DNA of 64,000 bases from Bacteroidales bacterium UBA6408 (GTDB lineage Bacteria; Bacteroidota; Bacteroidia; Bacteroidales; UBA932), in the NCBI GenBank assembly GCA_002439805.1, contig DJPQ01000002.1, positions 2,448-66,447 of the forward strand, written 5' to 3'. The stretch's first letter is position 1, and each line of letters begins with the position of its first letter. The notes beneath the pieces were generated by a model. The model was not told where the DNA came from. It saw only the letters and a list, made by a program, of their open reading frames with translations, and did not search any database. Both the position numbers and the translations under genes were made by a program. Shown in pieces: positions 7,849 to 17,885 of this stretch.

Positions 7849-9856
7849 AGACATTTTCTGCGGTGAAGCCGAGCTTCTCGTCGAGCACCTTGTACGGAGC
7901 GGAGAAGCCGAAGCTTTCGAGCCCATAGACGGTGCCGTTCGAGCCGACGAGGCCCTGAAGGGTCACCGGAAGGCCGGCGGTGAGGCCGAAGACATTGGCT
8001 CCCGCAGGGATGACCTCGTCCTGATACTCCTCGCTCTGGCTGCGGAACAGCCCCTCGGAAGGAGCGGAGACGATGCGGCAGCGGATGCCCTTTTCGCGCA
8101 GAAGCGCCGCGCCGGCAACCAGCGTCGCCACCTCCGAGCCCGAAGCAACGAGAACGACCTCGTTTCCGCCGAGACCGTGGTCATGAAGCTTGTCCGAGCC
8201 GGCCACTATATATGCTCCCCTGGCAACCTGCGAGTAGTCGTTCTCCTCCGGAAGGCTCCTGATGTTCTGCCTTGACAGAATCAGGGCGGTCGGGGTCTTC
8301 ACGTTCTCCATAGCCAGTTTCCACGCCTGAGTCGTCTCCTCCGAATCGGCCGGGCGAAGCACAAGCATGGAATTTTCCCCGTGATGGTTCTTCAGTTTCT
8401 CCATCAGGCGGATTTGGGCCTCCTGTTCAACAGGCTCGTGGGTAGGTCCGTCCTCGCCGACACGGAATGCGTCATGCGACCAGATGAACTTCACCGGGAC
8501 CTCCATCAGTGCAGCCATCCTCACGGCCGGCTTCATGTAGTCCGAGAACACGAAGAACGTCGCGCAGGCCGCAATCACGCCACCGTGAAGCGCCATGCCG
8601 ATGCAGCAGCACGCCATAGTCAGTTCGGACACGCCCGCCTGGAAGAACGCTCCGGAGAAATCACCGGCAGTGAAAGCGTGTGTCTTCTTGAGAAACCCGT
8701 CAGTCTTGTCAGAGTTGGAAAGGTCGGCCGAAGCGACTATCATGTTCTCAACCTCAACCGCGAGAGTTCCGAGAACCGCAGCGGACGCGCCTCTTGTGGA
8801 ATCGTCCCGCTTCTGCTGAATCGCCTTCCAGTCAACCTCCGGAACATCTCCCGAGAACCATTGTGTCTTCTTTGCCGCAAGTTCCGGATTGGCGGCAGCC
8901 CACTTGGCCTCAGCGGCCTTGCGCTCCGCGACAATCTTAAGGAGTTCCTCGCGGCGCGCGGCATAGATAGCCTTAGTTTCCGGGAAAAGAACGAAAGGAT
9001 TCTCAGGGTCGCCGCCGAGAGCCTTAACGGTGTTTATGTAGGCCTCGCCGCCGAGAGGAGCGCCGTGGGTTGCACAGCAGTTCTCGTAGCTTGAGCCGTC
9101 GGCACGGAGGGCTCCCTTGCCCATCACGGTGTCGCCGATGATGAGGGTCGGCTTCCCGACAACCTTCAGAGCCTCGTCGAGGGCAGACCGAATCTGCTCG
9201 ACGTCATTCCCGTCAATTTCAATCACGTTCCAGTTCCATGCACGGTACTTTGCCGCGACATCCTCGTTATCGACAGCCGCTGTCTCCGTGGAGAGCTGGA
9301 TGCGGTTGGAGTCATAGAACATTATGAGGTTGTCCAGTCCGAGAGTGCCGGCTATGCGGCCGGAGCCCTGGGAGATTTCCTCCTGAATGCCTCCGTCCGA
9401 GATGTAGGCATAAATCCGCTGGCTCATCACCTCTCCCAGACGCGCCTTGAGGAACTTGGCGGCGATTGCGGCGCCCACAGCGAAGGTATGTCCCTGTCCG
9501 AGCGGTCCGGAGGTGTTCTCGATTCCGCGCTCCACGCAGCGCTCAGGATGTCCCGGAGTCGGGCTTCCCCACTGGCGGAACTGAGCGAGCTCGTCCATAG
9601 TAAACTTTCCGGTGAAGGCAAGCGTGGAGTAGAGCATCGTGCTCATGTGCCCCGGGTCGAGGAAGAAACGGTCACGTCCATCCCAGAAAGGGTTTTCCGG
9701 GTCATAGACCAGATATTCGGAGTAGAGCGTGTTTATGAAGTCGGCCCCGCCCATCGCGCCGCCCGGGTGTCCGGACTTGGCCTTTTCAACCATAGAAGCC
9801 GCCAACACACGGATGTTGTCGGCGGCTCTGTTCATATTCTTAACGTCATTCTTCAT
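7823..9856 (-). CDS. tkt: transketolase
   Basis: 677 aa with SGHPGGAMGGADF, GPLGQGH and GEDGPTHEPVEQ motifs of transketolase. Confidence 0.92.
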   Translation of the reverse strand: MKNDVKNMNRAADNIRVLAASMVEKAKSGHPGGAMGGADFINTLYSEYLVYDPENPFWDGRDRFFLDPGHMSTMLYSTLAFTGKFTMDELAQFRQWGSPTPGHPERCVERGIENTSGPLGQGHTFAVGAAIAAKFLKARLGEVMSQRIYAYISDGGIQEEISQGSGRIAGTLGLDNLIMFYDSNRIQLSTETAAVDNEDVAAKYRAWNWNVIEIDGNDVEQIRSALDEALKVVGKPTLIIGDTVMGKGALRADGSSYENCCATHGAPLGGEAYINTVKALGGDPENPFVLFPETKAIYAARREELLKIVAERKAAEAKWAAANPELAAKKTQWFSGDVPEVDWKAIQQKRDDSTRGASAAVLGTLAVEVENMIVASADLSNSDKTDGFLKKTHAFTAGDFSGAFFQAGVSELTMACCCIGMALHGGVIAACATFFVFSDYMKPAVRMAALMEVPVKFIWSHDAFRVGEDGPTHEPVEQEAQIRLMEKLKNHHGENSMLVLRPADSEETTQAWKLAMENVKTPTALILSRQNIRSLPEENDYSQVARGAYIVAGSDKLHDHGLGGNEVVLVASGSEVATLVAGAALLREKGIRCRIVSAPSEGLFRSQSEEYQDEVIPAGANVFGLTAGLPVTLQGLVGSNGTVYGLESFGFSAPYKVLDEKLGFTAENVFNQVMDLL

Positions 9857-9909
9857 AATGCAGAATTCTTGGAAGTGATGGGATGCCTAAAAGATGGGCG
9901 CCCATCACA

Positions 9910-10662
9910 TCAGAATGACTGAGCGATTGCAATGAAGTCATCAGCCTTGAGTGCCGCGCCTCCGATGAGACCGCCGTCTATGTCAGGCTGAGCGAAAAGT
10001 TCCTTGGCGTTTGAAGGCTTGCAGCTTCCGCCGTAGAGAATGGTGATTTCCTCGGCAAGCTCTCCGAACTTCTCCGCGAGCACCTTGCGCACGCAGGCGT
10101 GAATTTCTTCGGCCTGTTCAGCGGTCGCGGTCTTGCCTGTTCCGATTGCCCAAACCGGCTCGTACGCGACGACGACCTTGGCCATCTCCTCCGGAGTGAG
10201 AGTGTAGAGCACGTTCTTCACCTGCTCGGTTACAACATCAAAATGCTTACCGGCTTCGCGCTGCTCAAGGTTCTCCCCGATGCAGAAGATAGGAGAAAGT
10301 CCTGCGGCAAGGGCAAGGTGTATCTTGTCAACAAGCTTCGCGTCTGTCTCGCCATAGTACTGACGGCGCTCGGAATGTCCGAGTATGGTGTATTCGCAGC
10401 CTACGGAAGTCAGCATATTAACAGCCACCTCCCCGGTGTAGGCTCCCTTCTCCTTGTCGGCGCAGTTCTGTGCTGAAAGGCCGACTGCGGTGCCCTTGAC
10501 TACCTCATAGACCGGTGCAAGGTGCACGAACGGAGGCGCGATAATCAGTTTCACGTCAGAAGGAACCTCAGCCGACTTTGCGGCCACTGCCTTTGCGAGC
10601 TCTACGCCCTCAGGAACTGTAGTGTTCATCTTCCAGTTGCCTGCAACGATGTGTTTTCTCAT
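9910..10662 (-). CDS. tpiA: triose-phosphate isomerase
   Basis: 250 aa with AGNWKMN, ILGHSERR, AYEPVWAIGTG and GGSCKP motifs. Confidence 0.93.
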   Translation of the reverse strand: MRKHIVAGNWKMNTTVPEGVELAKAVAAKSAEVPSDVKLIIAPPFVHLAPVYEVVKGTAVGLSAQNCADKEKGAYTGEVAVNMLTSVGCEYTILGHSERRQYYGETDAKLVDKIHLALAAGLSPIFCIGENLEQREAGKHFDVVTEQVKNVLYTLTPEEMAKVVVAYEPVWAIGTGKTATAEQAEEIHACVRKVLAEKFGELAEEITILYGGSCKPSNAKELFAQPDIDGGLIGGAALKADDFIAIAQSF

Positions 10663-10732
10663 CTCAATGAATATTTAATTGTTATGTATTTCACAAACCG
10701 GCGCACGAAATCAGCGTGCCGCCAAAACCCTG

Positions 10733-10740
10733 CAAATTTA
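10733..10740 (-). promoter_or_regulatory. -7 promoter box (TAAATTTG on minus strand) for tpiA
   Basis: TAnnTTTG consensus, 71 nt upstream of the tpiA start at 10662. Confidence 0.45.
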
Positions 10741-10837
10741 CGAATCTGTTTTGAAAATATGAAAGGTTCTCCCCGAAGAAACCTTCAAAAAGAGAAAATG
10801 CCGTGATGCAGGTTGCGCAAAAGTAACGATTTTTTAC

Positions 10838-10845
10838 TACATTTG
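10838..10845 (+). promoter_or_regulatory. -7 promoter box (TACATTTG) for tyrS
   Basis: TAnnTTTG consensus, 64 nt upstream of the tyrS ATG at 10909. Confidence 0.45.
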
Positions 10846-10908
10846 CGGTTCGTGTCCGGAAAGGACGACTGTACATTTATTTAGTAGGAAAGGAAAACAA
10901 GTCATTCG

Positions 10909-12198
10909 ATGAAGAATTTTGTTGAGGAACTGAAATGGAGAGGCATGATTCAGGACATCATGCCGGGAACTGAGGAAAAACTTATGGAAGGGCCTACGGC
11001 AGCGTATGTCGGAATCGACCCGACGGCTGATTCTCTGCACATCGGGCACATGGTCAGCATCATGATTCTCAAGCATTTCCAGAACTGCGGGCACAAGCCC
11101 TTCGCGCTCGTAGGAGGCGCCACGGGAATGATAGGCGACCCTTCGATGAAGTCCCAGGAGCGCAACCTTCTCGACGAGAAGACCCTCGCGCACAACGTGG
11201 CCTGCATAAAGAGGCAGCTGTCCCGCTTCCTTGACTTTGATTCCGGGGCGGAGAACTGCGCCGAGCTCGTGAACAACTACGACTGGATGAAGGGATGGAG
11301 CTTCCTCGACTTCACCCGTGACATCGGAAAGCATATCACCGTGAACTACATGATGGCAAAGGACAGCGTGAAGAAGAGGCTCTCAAGCGAGTCCCGCGAG
11401 GGAATGTCCTTCACCGAGTTCACCTACCAGCTGCTTCAGGGCTACGACTTCCTCTACCTCTACGAGCACAAGGGCTGCACGCTCCAGATGGGCGGCGCCG
11501 ACCAGTGGGGCAACATCACCACCGGTTCGGAACTCATCCGCCGTATGCTCGGCAAGGAGGCCTACGCGCTCACCTGCCCTCTCATCACCAAGGCCGACGG
11601 AGGCAAGTTCGGAAAGACGGAGAAAGGCAACATCTGGCTCGACCCGGAGCGCACCTCGCCTTACCAGTTCTACCAGTTCTGGCTCAACGTGAGCGACGAG
11701 GACGCGGCAAAATATATAAAGATTTTCACCATGCTTGACAAGGAAACCATCGACGCCGCTATTGCCGCGCACGCGGAGAATCCGGGAGCGCGTTCGCTCC
11801 AGAAGCTGCTCGCGAAGGAAGTCACGGTCATGGTTCACGGGGAGAAGGAATATGAGAACGCCGTCGCCGCGTCCGGCATTCTCTTCGGCAACGCCACCTC
11901 CGACCAGCTGAAGGCCCTCGACGAGAAGACTTTCCTTCAGGTCTTCGACGGGGTGCAGACATTCGCCGTGTCCCCGGACAGGCTCCCGTGCAACATCATA
12001 GACCTCCTCTCAGTGGAGACCGCATTCTTCCCGTCAAAGGGCGAATGCCGCAAGATGATTCAGGGCAACGGGGTCAGCATCAACAAGGAAAAGGTCAGCG
12101 ACATCAACGCGCAGATAGGCTTTGAGTCAGTGCTTGACGGCAAGTACATCCTCGCCCAGAAAGGCAAGAAGAACTACTGCATCATCCGGGTGGAATAG
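10909..12198 (+). CDS. tyrS: tyrosine--tRNA ligase
   Basis: 429 aa with class I HIGH motif (SLHIGHMV), KFGKT (KMSKS-type) motif, and a C-terminal S4-like domain. Confidence 0.93.
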   Translation: MKNFVEELKWRGMIQDIMPGTEEKLMEGPTAAYVGIDPTADSLHIGHMVSIMILKHFQNCGHKPFALVGGATGMIGDPSMKSQERNLLDEKTLAHNVACIKRQLSRFLDFDSGAENCAELVNNYDWMKGWSFLDFTRDIGKHITVNYMMAKDSVKKRLSSESREGMSFTEFTYQLLQGYDFLYLYEHKGCTLQMGGADQWGNITTGSELIRRMLGKEAYALTCPLITKADGGKFGKTEKGNIWLDPERTSPYQFYQFWLNVSDEDAAKYIKIFTMLDKETIDAAIAAHAENPGARSLQKLLAKEVTVMVHGEKEYENAVAASGILFGNATSDQLKALDEKTFLQVFDGVQTFAVSPDRLPCNIIDLLSVETAFFPSKGECRKMIQGNGVSINKEKVSDINAQIGFESVLDGKYILAQKGKKNYCIIRVE

Positions 12199-12225
12199 AC
12201 GGCACACTTCTCCGACCTGACATTG

Positions 12226-12262
12226 AAAATGCCTCCGAGACATGAGTTTCGGAGGCATTTTT
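12226..12262 (+). terminator. rho-independent terminator after tyrS
   Basis: Perfect 13-bp stem aaaatgcctccga / tcggaggcatttt with a 10-nt loop, running into a T-tract, 28 nt after the stop. Confidence 0.7.
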
Positions 12263-12314
12263 GGAAAAATGAATAATTTGTTCCGCCCGAAGTTGCACCT
12301 TAATCAAAAAAGCA

Positions 12315-12322
12315 TATATTTG
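12315..12322 (+). promoter_or_regulatory. -7 promoter box (TATATTTG)
   Basis: TAnnTTTG consensus, 19 nt upstream of the ATG at 12341. Confidence 0.4.
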
Positions 12323-12340
12323 CAGGCGGAATAAAAATTT

Positions 12341-13891
12341 ATGGAGATGCTGTACCCGATTGGAATTCAGAATTTCGAAGACATACGTGAGGGGAAGTTT
12401 GTCTATGTGGACAAGACAAGACTTGTCTTCAATCTCGCCACCGTCGGCAAATGCTACTTTCTCAGCCGGCCGCGCAGATTCGGCAAGAGCCTTCTTGTTT
12501 CGACGATGGAGTCCTATTTCCTCGGGAAAAAAGAACTGTTCGAGGGTCTTGAGATTTCGCGGCTTGAGAAAGACTGGACGGAATATCCTGTGCTGCATCT
12601 GGATTTCACGGGCAGCAAATATCTTCAGAAAGACGACCTGGACGTCACGTTAGACCAACACCTCAGCAATTGGGAGAAGCGATATGAGATTCTTCCGAGA
12701 TACGACAATCTCACGGCGAGGTTTAAGGATATCATCGATGCCACGAATGAAAAGACTGGGAAGCAAGTCGTCATTCTCATAGACGAATACGATAAGCCAA
12801 TCGTTGACAATCTAGGCAATGACGAACTGGCAGACTACTACAAGAGCGTGCTTCAGGGATTCTACAGCGTGATGAAGGCAAAGGACGGATTCATACGCTT
12901 CGGATTCATCACCGGAGTCTCAAAGATTGGCAAAATGAGCGTATTCAGCGGCATCAACAACCTGAAAGACATCTCGATGATGCCGGAATATGCAGACATC
13001 TGCGGAATAACGGAACATGAGCTTGTGGCATATTTTGATGCCGGCATTCAGGAAATGGCGGACGCGAACGGACTGTCGAAGCAGGAGTGCTACGACAAGC
13101 TGAGAAAGATGTATGACGGCTATCATTTCTGTCAGAATGCCATCGGGACATACAACCCGTTCAGCCTGCTTAACGCACTGATGGACAAAGATTTCAATGC
13201 ATACTGGTTTGAGACGGGCACGCCGACGCTTCTCGTAAATGTCGCGAAGCGGACGGAGTTCGACATTACGACACTCTCCGACAATGTCGTAGTGCCCGCA
13301 TCGGCTCTGAACGGAAATCTGGACATCGTCAACAATCCCGTCCCGCTGTTCTATCAGACCGGTTACCTTACAATCAAGGACTATGACAAAGAGTACAGGG
13401 AATACCGCCTCGGTTTCCCTAATGAGGAGGTCAAGGACGGCTTCCTCAACTTCATCTACAGCTACTATGTTCCTGTGAATCCGGCAAACGGCAACACGAG
13501 GATTTCAACGCTCTCCCGTTCTCTGAAAGCCGGGAAGCCGGAGGAGTTTATGAAAGCCCTGTCCTCACTTTTTGCCGACACCACCTATCAGATTCAGGGA
13601 GACGCGGAGAAGGATTTCCAATATGCGATGTACATCATTCTGGAACTCCTCGGCGAGCATGTGGAGGCGGAGCGGCACACAAGCGACGGCCGCATCGACC
13701 TGCTCATCAGGACGAAGGAGTTTATCTACATCATTGAAATCAAGACTGACAAATCCGCCGCTGAGGCACTCGCTCAGATTGACGACAAGGGCTATGCGCG
13801 CCCTTTCGCCGACGACCCGAGAAAGATTTTCAGAATCGGGGTGAACTTCTCCACTGCAAAGCGCTGCATTGATGACTGGAAAATCGCCTAA
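12341..13891 (+). CDS. AAA-ATPase-like plus PD-(D/E)XK nuclease family protein (DUF1703-type)
   Basis: N-terminus YPIGIQNFEDIREGKFVYVDKT....YFLSRPRRFGKSLLVSTMESYF is the predicted AAA-ATPase signature. The C-terminus has a PD-(D/E)XK-like ERHTSDGRIDLLIRTKEFIYIIEIK. Confidence 0.8.
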   Translation: MEMLYPIGIQNFEDIREGKFVYVDKTRLVFNLATVGKCYFLSRPRRFGKSLLVSTMESYFLGKKELFEGLEISRLEKDWTEYPVLHLDFTGSKYLQKDDLDVTLDQHLSNWEKRYEILPRYDNLTARFKDIIDATNEKTGKQVVILIDEYDKPIVDNLGNDELADYYKSVLQGFYSVMKAKDGFIRFGFITGVSKIGKMSVFSGINNLKDISMMPEYADICGITEHELVAYFDAGIQEMADANGLSKQECYDKLRKMYDGYHFCQNAIGTYNPFSLLNALMDKDFNAYWFETGTPTLLVNVAKRTEFDITTLSDNVVVPASALNGNLDIVNNPVPLFYQTGYLTIKDYDKEYREYRLGFPNEEVKDGFLNFIYSYYVPVNPANGNTRISTLSRSLKAGKPEEFMKALSSLFADTTYQIQGDAEKDFQYAMYIILELLGEHVEAERHTSDGRIDLLIRTKEFIYIIEIKTDKSAAEALAQIDDKGYARPFADDPRKIFRIGVNFSTAKRCIDDWKIA

Positions 13892-13911
13892 AAACGCCCG
13901 AAATGCTAAAA

Positions 13912-14919
13912 CTACGCTTCGCCGGTGAGAATGTTGAGCTGGCCGGGGAGGCGGGTTACTGTGATGGGGGTGCTGCAGATGACCTCCCCATCGACTTCGA
14001 CAAGTGCTCCCGGAGGTTCAAGCGGCTCTATGCGCAGAGACGAGCAGCGGACGGAGGTAAGCTCCGGGTTGGACGATAGAAACTTGCCGGAAAAGAGGGT
14101 CGGGACGGCGCGGATGATTTTGAAAAGAGGGAGAACCGGGATGACCGTGACGTCGAGCAGGCCGTCGTCCATGACGGCGTCGGGGACCTGCATCATCCCG
14201 CCGCCGGAATATTTCCCGACTCCCATGGCAATCGAAAGCGAGTCGCCCTCAAAGACGGGCTTTCCGTCGGCGACCACGCGGCAGCGGAAGGGCTTACAGT
14301 GCAGTACATTGGAAATCAAGACTTTGAGATACAGAATCTTTCCGCTCTTGCCGGAGTTCTTCTCGAAATTCACCCTATGACAGACATTCGCGTCAAAACC
14401 GACTCCACCGATGTTCGCCATATAGGAAACGACGTCAGTCGATGTCTCGTCGTCGCGTCCGGCTATTCGGAAGACATCCTGCTTTCCGAAATACTCCTTC
14501 TTGAGCAGCATAGCCAGCGCCGCGAAGTCCCTCGGAACTCCGAGCGCACGAATCCAGTCGTTGCCGGAGCCTACCGGAATCACCGCGAGCGTGAAGTCCG
14601 AAAGCGACGGCGCAGGTTTCCCCGGCTCAAAAGTCTCGGCAACCTCGGACATCCCGATGAAGCGGACTATGCCCTCAAGAACCTCATGCACGGTGCCGTC
14701 CCCACCGACGGCAAGAAAGCGTCTATAGCCCGCCTCGCAGGCCTTGACGGTGATTTCCACCGCCGCTCCCCTGCTCCATGTCGTCCGGTATTCATACTCC
14801 ACGCGGTTTTCCTTAAGGATAGCTTCAGCCTTAGGCCATGCCGTCATAGTCTTCCCGGAGCCCGCATTCGGGTTCACGACCGCATACCATATCTTGTCCA
14901 CATTGTCCTGAGATGCCAT
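13912..14919 (-). CDS. diacylglycerol/lipid kinase family protein (YegS/BmrU-like)
   Basis: AVVNPNAGSGK, LAVGGDGTVHEV and IPVGSGNDW motifs. Start trimmed to MASQDNV (14919), because the longer track ORF (to 15129) would overlap the parA start and its promoter. Confidence 0.8.
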   Translation of the reverse strand: MASQDNVDKIWYAVVNPNAGSGKTMTAWPKAEAILKENRVEYEYRTTWSRGAAVEITVKACEAGYRRFLAVGGDGTVHEVLEGIVRFIGMSEVAETFEPGKPAPSLSDFTLAVIPVGSGNDWIRALGVPRDFAALAMLLKKEYFGKQDVFRIAGRDDETSTDVVSYMANIGGVGFDANVCHRVNFEKNSGKSGKILYLKVLISNVLHCKPFRCRVVADGKPVFEGDSLSIAMGVGKYSGGGMMQVPDAVMDDGLLDVTVIPVLPLFKIIRAVPTLFSGKFLSSNPELTSVRCSSLRIEPLEPPGALVEVDGEVICSTPITVTRLPGQLNILTGEA

Positions 14920-15042
14920 ATTCCGTGTTCTCGCTCCGGCGACAAAAAATTTCGCAGGCGCATTTGAGCCGACAAAAATAGTAAATAAAAAATAAATTGC
15001 TTCAGAATCGTCTTTTATTTTCGGATATAGATTTCTTTTTCG

Positions 15043-15050
15043 TAATTTTG
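15043..15050 (+). promoter_or_regulatory. -7 promoter box (TAATTTTG) for parA
   Basis: TAnnTTTG consensus, 60 nt upstream of the ATG at 15110. Confidence 0.45.
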
Positions 15051-15109
15051 CAGAATGTGCGCGTTCCTGACCGACGTCGGAAAAGGTCCGCGCATAGGGA
15101 TAAATTTTT

Positions 15110-15892
15110 ATGGGAAAAGTCATAGCCATAGCGAATCAGAAGGGCGGCGTGGGCAAGACCACGACCGCCATCAACCTTGCGGCCTCTCTCGCCGTACTTG
15201 AGAAGAATGTCCTCATCATCGACGCCGACCCGCAGGCGAACACAACCTCCGGGCTCAACTTTTCTCCCGAAAACGAGGAGAAGAGGACGCTCTATGAACT
15301 CATGATTGGAGAGCGCTCTGTGGAGGACGTGCTGATACAGACGGAGATAGCGAGGCTTCAGATGATTCCGTCGAACATCAACCTCGTCGGAGCGGAAATC
15401 GAGATGCTCGGAACGGACGAGAGGGAATCCATTCTCAAGAAAGCCCTCGCGCCGGTGCGGGACGACTACGACTACATAATCATAGACTGCTCACCTTCCC
15501 TCGGCCTTATTACCGTGAACTGCCTCACTGCGGCCGACTCGGTGATGATTCCGGTGCAGCCGGAGTTCTTCGCGCTTGAGGGGCTCGGCAAGCTGCTTCA
15601 GACGATACGGCTAGTGCAGGGCGGGGTGAATCCGTCGCTGACCATCGAAGGCTTCGTCGTGACAATGTACGACGGCAGGACAAAGGTTCACAACCAGGTG
15701 GTTCAGGAACTCAAGGAGCATTTCAAGGATATGGTGTTCAACACCATAATACAGAGAAACATACGTCTCAGCGAGGCTCCGTCGCACGGCAAGCCGATCA
15801 TCCTTTACGACGTGATTTGCAACGGCACGACGAACTACCTCAACCTCGCGAAGGAGGTTCTTGAACGCAACGGAGACACGATGAATAAATAG
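15110..15892 (+). CDS. parA: ParA/Soj family chromosome-partitioning ATPase
   Basis: Deviant Walker A IANQKGGVGKTTTAINLA and IIIDCSPSLG; 260 aa. Confidence 0.9.
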   Translation: MGKVIAIANQKGGVGKTTTAINLAASLAVLEKNVLIIDADPQANTTSGLNFSPENEEKRTLYELMIGERSVEDVLIQTEIARLQMIPSNINLVGAEIEMLGTDERESILKKALAPVRDDYDYIIIDCSPSLGLITVNCLTAADSVMIPVQPEFFALEGLGKLLQTIRLVQGGVNPSLTIEGFVVTMYDGRTKVHNQVVQELKEHFKDMVFNTIIQRNIRLSEAPSHGKPIILYDVICNGTTNYLNLAKEVLERNGDTMNK

Positions 15893-15949
15893 GTGGGCCC
15901 GGTGAAAGAACTTACGAACGCATAAATTTGAATTACAACTGATTATAAT

Positions 15950-16900
15950 ATGGCATCTAAAACGCAGAGAGGATTGGGCAAGGGACTCGGGGCGCTGCTC
16001 GGGGAGGCGACGGATCTGGAAAACATCCGCAAGCCGGTCGGATATGTCAACAAGGTCGTCGTGAGCACCGAAACGGCCGAACAGCCGCGCAGTTCGGCGG
16101 ACATACTCATGATTCCGATTGACATGATTGAGCCCAACCCGTTCCAGCCGCGTATGACCTTCGATCAGGAGGCGCTTACCGAACTGGCGGAGTCCATCAG
16201 GACACTCGGCCTCATCCAGCCAATCACGGTGAGGAAGAAGTCTGCGGACAAATACCAGATTATCAGCGGAGAACGCCGTTTCAGGGCGTGCAGGCTCGCG
16301 GGGATGGAGATTATTCCGGCCTACATCCGCAACGCGGACGACCAGGGTATGCTGGAGATGGCCATCGTGGAGAATATCCAGAGGGAGAACCTCGACCCGA
16401 TAGAGGTGGCGATGAGCTACCAGAGGCTGATTGACGAATGTAACCTCACACAGGAACAGATGGCCATGAGAGTCGGCAAGAAGAGGGCTTCCGTGACGAA
16501 CTACCTCCGTCTGCTCAAGCTGCCGGCAAAGGTGCAGCACGACCTCAAGGTAGGGCAGGTCAGCGTGGGGCACGCCAAGGTTCTTCTCGGAGTGGAAGAC
16601 CCTGATGTTCAGGAAGTTCTCTGCGACCTCGTCGTAAAGGATGGACTTTCTGTGCGCCAGTTGGAGGAGAAGATTCACCGTCTCGCCAAGGAAGCGGAGA
16701 AAGGCGGAGAAGAAAAAGGGCAGGAAGCGCAGGAGCTGCCGGACGAATATTTCAAGGTTCTTGAAGTCTTCGGGAAGTATTTCGACAACAGCATAAGCCT
16801 GAAGCGTTCAGGCGCGGGCAAAGGCACGATCACGATTCATTTCTCGTCGGACGATGAGGTGAAGAAGTTCATCGACGCCCTCGAGAAGTCAAATCTTTAA
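15950..16900 (+). CDS. parB: ParB/Spo0J chromosome-partitioning protein
   Basis: IEPNPFQPR, GLIQPITVR and IISGERRFRA (ParB box) motifs, plus an HTH region. Confidence 0.9.
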   Translation: MASKTQRGLGKGLGALLGEATDLENIRKPVGYVNKVVVSTETAEQPRSSADILMIPIDMIEPNPFQPRMTFDQEALTELAESIRTLGLIQPITVRKKSADKYQIISGERRFRACRLAGMEIIPAYIRNADDQGMLEMAIVENIQRENLDPIEVAMSYQRLIDECNLTQEQMAMRVGKKRASVTNYLRLLKLPAKVQHDLKVGQVSVGHAKVLLGVEDPDVQEVLCDLVVKDGLSVRQLEEKIHRLAKEAEKGGEEKGQEAQELPDEYFKVLEVFGKYFDNSISLKRSGAGKGTITIHFSSDDEVKKFIDALEKSNL

Positions 16901-16903
16901 CGG

Positions 16904-17836
16904 TTGGGAATGGGACGGCTTCGTGTTTTCATAGCGGTTCTTCTGACAGGTCTTTGCCTTGGCGGCGTCAATGCGCGCGCCCAGTTCAAGGATCAGGCCT
17001 TTCAGCAGAATTACAATGACACCACGATGACGGAGAAGTCTGACACAACGGACAAACTGTTTTCGTTCAAGGAACTGTTCCAGGGTCTCGGACACAAGAA
17101 GGAAATCAAAATCGGGACTGTATTCGGCGGCTCGGTCATCCTTCCGGGAAGCGGACAGATTTACAACCGCGACTATTGGAAACTGCCCGTAGTCTATGGC
17201 GGAATCGCGGCCTGCGCCGGTGTGGGAGGCTACTACACAAGCCAATACAAGAAATCCGTCGCGGCAGGGACTCCGAACGAGTCCTACAGGACTACCGCCA
17301 CATGGCTCTATGTCGGAGCCGGTCTGGTCTATTGGGGTTCTCTGCTCGATGCGGCGGCGTTCTACCCCTCGGACGGGAAGCCGAACCCGGGACGCGCCGC
17401 AATATATTCTGCACTGCTGCCCGGACTCGGGCAGGCCTATAACGGAGAGTACTGGAAGATTCCCATCTATTACACGGGGCTTCTCACGGCGGGCTATTTC
17501 GTATGGAACAACAACCTCAACTACAACAGGTTCAGGAACATATACAAGGAGGCGACCAGCACGGAGACCACCTACACCGGGCCGATTACCGCAGAACAGG
17601 CTAAGTACTACCGGGACTCCTACCGGCGGCTGAGGGACTACTCCATCGTCGCGACGGCTCTCGTCTATGTGCTCCAGATAATCGATGCGAATGTGTTCGC
17701 GTTCATGTACGACTTCGAGGTGAGCGACGACATAACCATGAGCGTCGAGCCGGCGGTTCTCGCCCCGGACAACGCCTATGCAATGCGGACGCCGACAAAC
17801 GGTGCCGTCGGGATGAGGGTCGGATTCAGATTTTAA
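16904..17836 (+). CDS. DUF5683-like membrane protein (conserved partner downstream of parB in Bacteroidetes)
   Basis: Signal-like N-terminus. Repeated LPG(S/L)GQ(I/A)YN..YWK.P..Y motifs (ILPGSGQIYNRDYWKLPVVY and LLPGLGQAYNGEYWKIPIYY). Position immediately after parB. Confidence 0.6.
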   Translation: MGMGRLRVFIAVLLTGLCLGGVNARAQFKDQAFQQNYNDTTMTEKSDTTDKLFSFKELFQGLGHKKEIKIGTVFGGSVILPGSGQIYNRDYWKLPVVYGGIAACAGVGGYYTSQYKKSVAAGTPNESYRTTATWLYVGAGLVYWGSLLDAAAFYPSDGKPNPGRAAIYSALLPGLGQAYNGEYWKIPIYYTGLLTAGYFVWNNNLNYNRFRNIYKEATSTETTYTGPITAEQAKYYRDSYRRLRDYSIVATALVYVLQIIDANVFAFMYDFEVSDDITMSVEPAVLAPDNAYAMRTPTNGAVGMRVGFRF

Positions 17837-17885
17837 TCGCCTCGGCCGAGGCATATTTTTTTTTGAGGCATATTTTAGAGTACAG

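Noticed and set aside
14920-15129. N-terminal 70-codon extension of the lipid-kinase ORF
   Set aside because: The extension would overlap the parA start codon and run through the parA -7 promoter box. The kinase family N-terminus begins near MASQDNVDKIWYAVVNPNAGSG.
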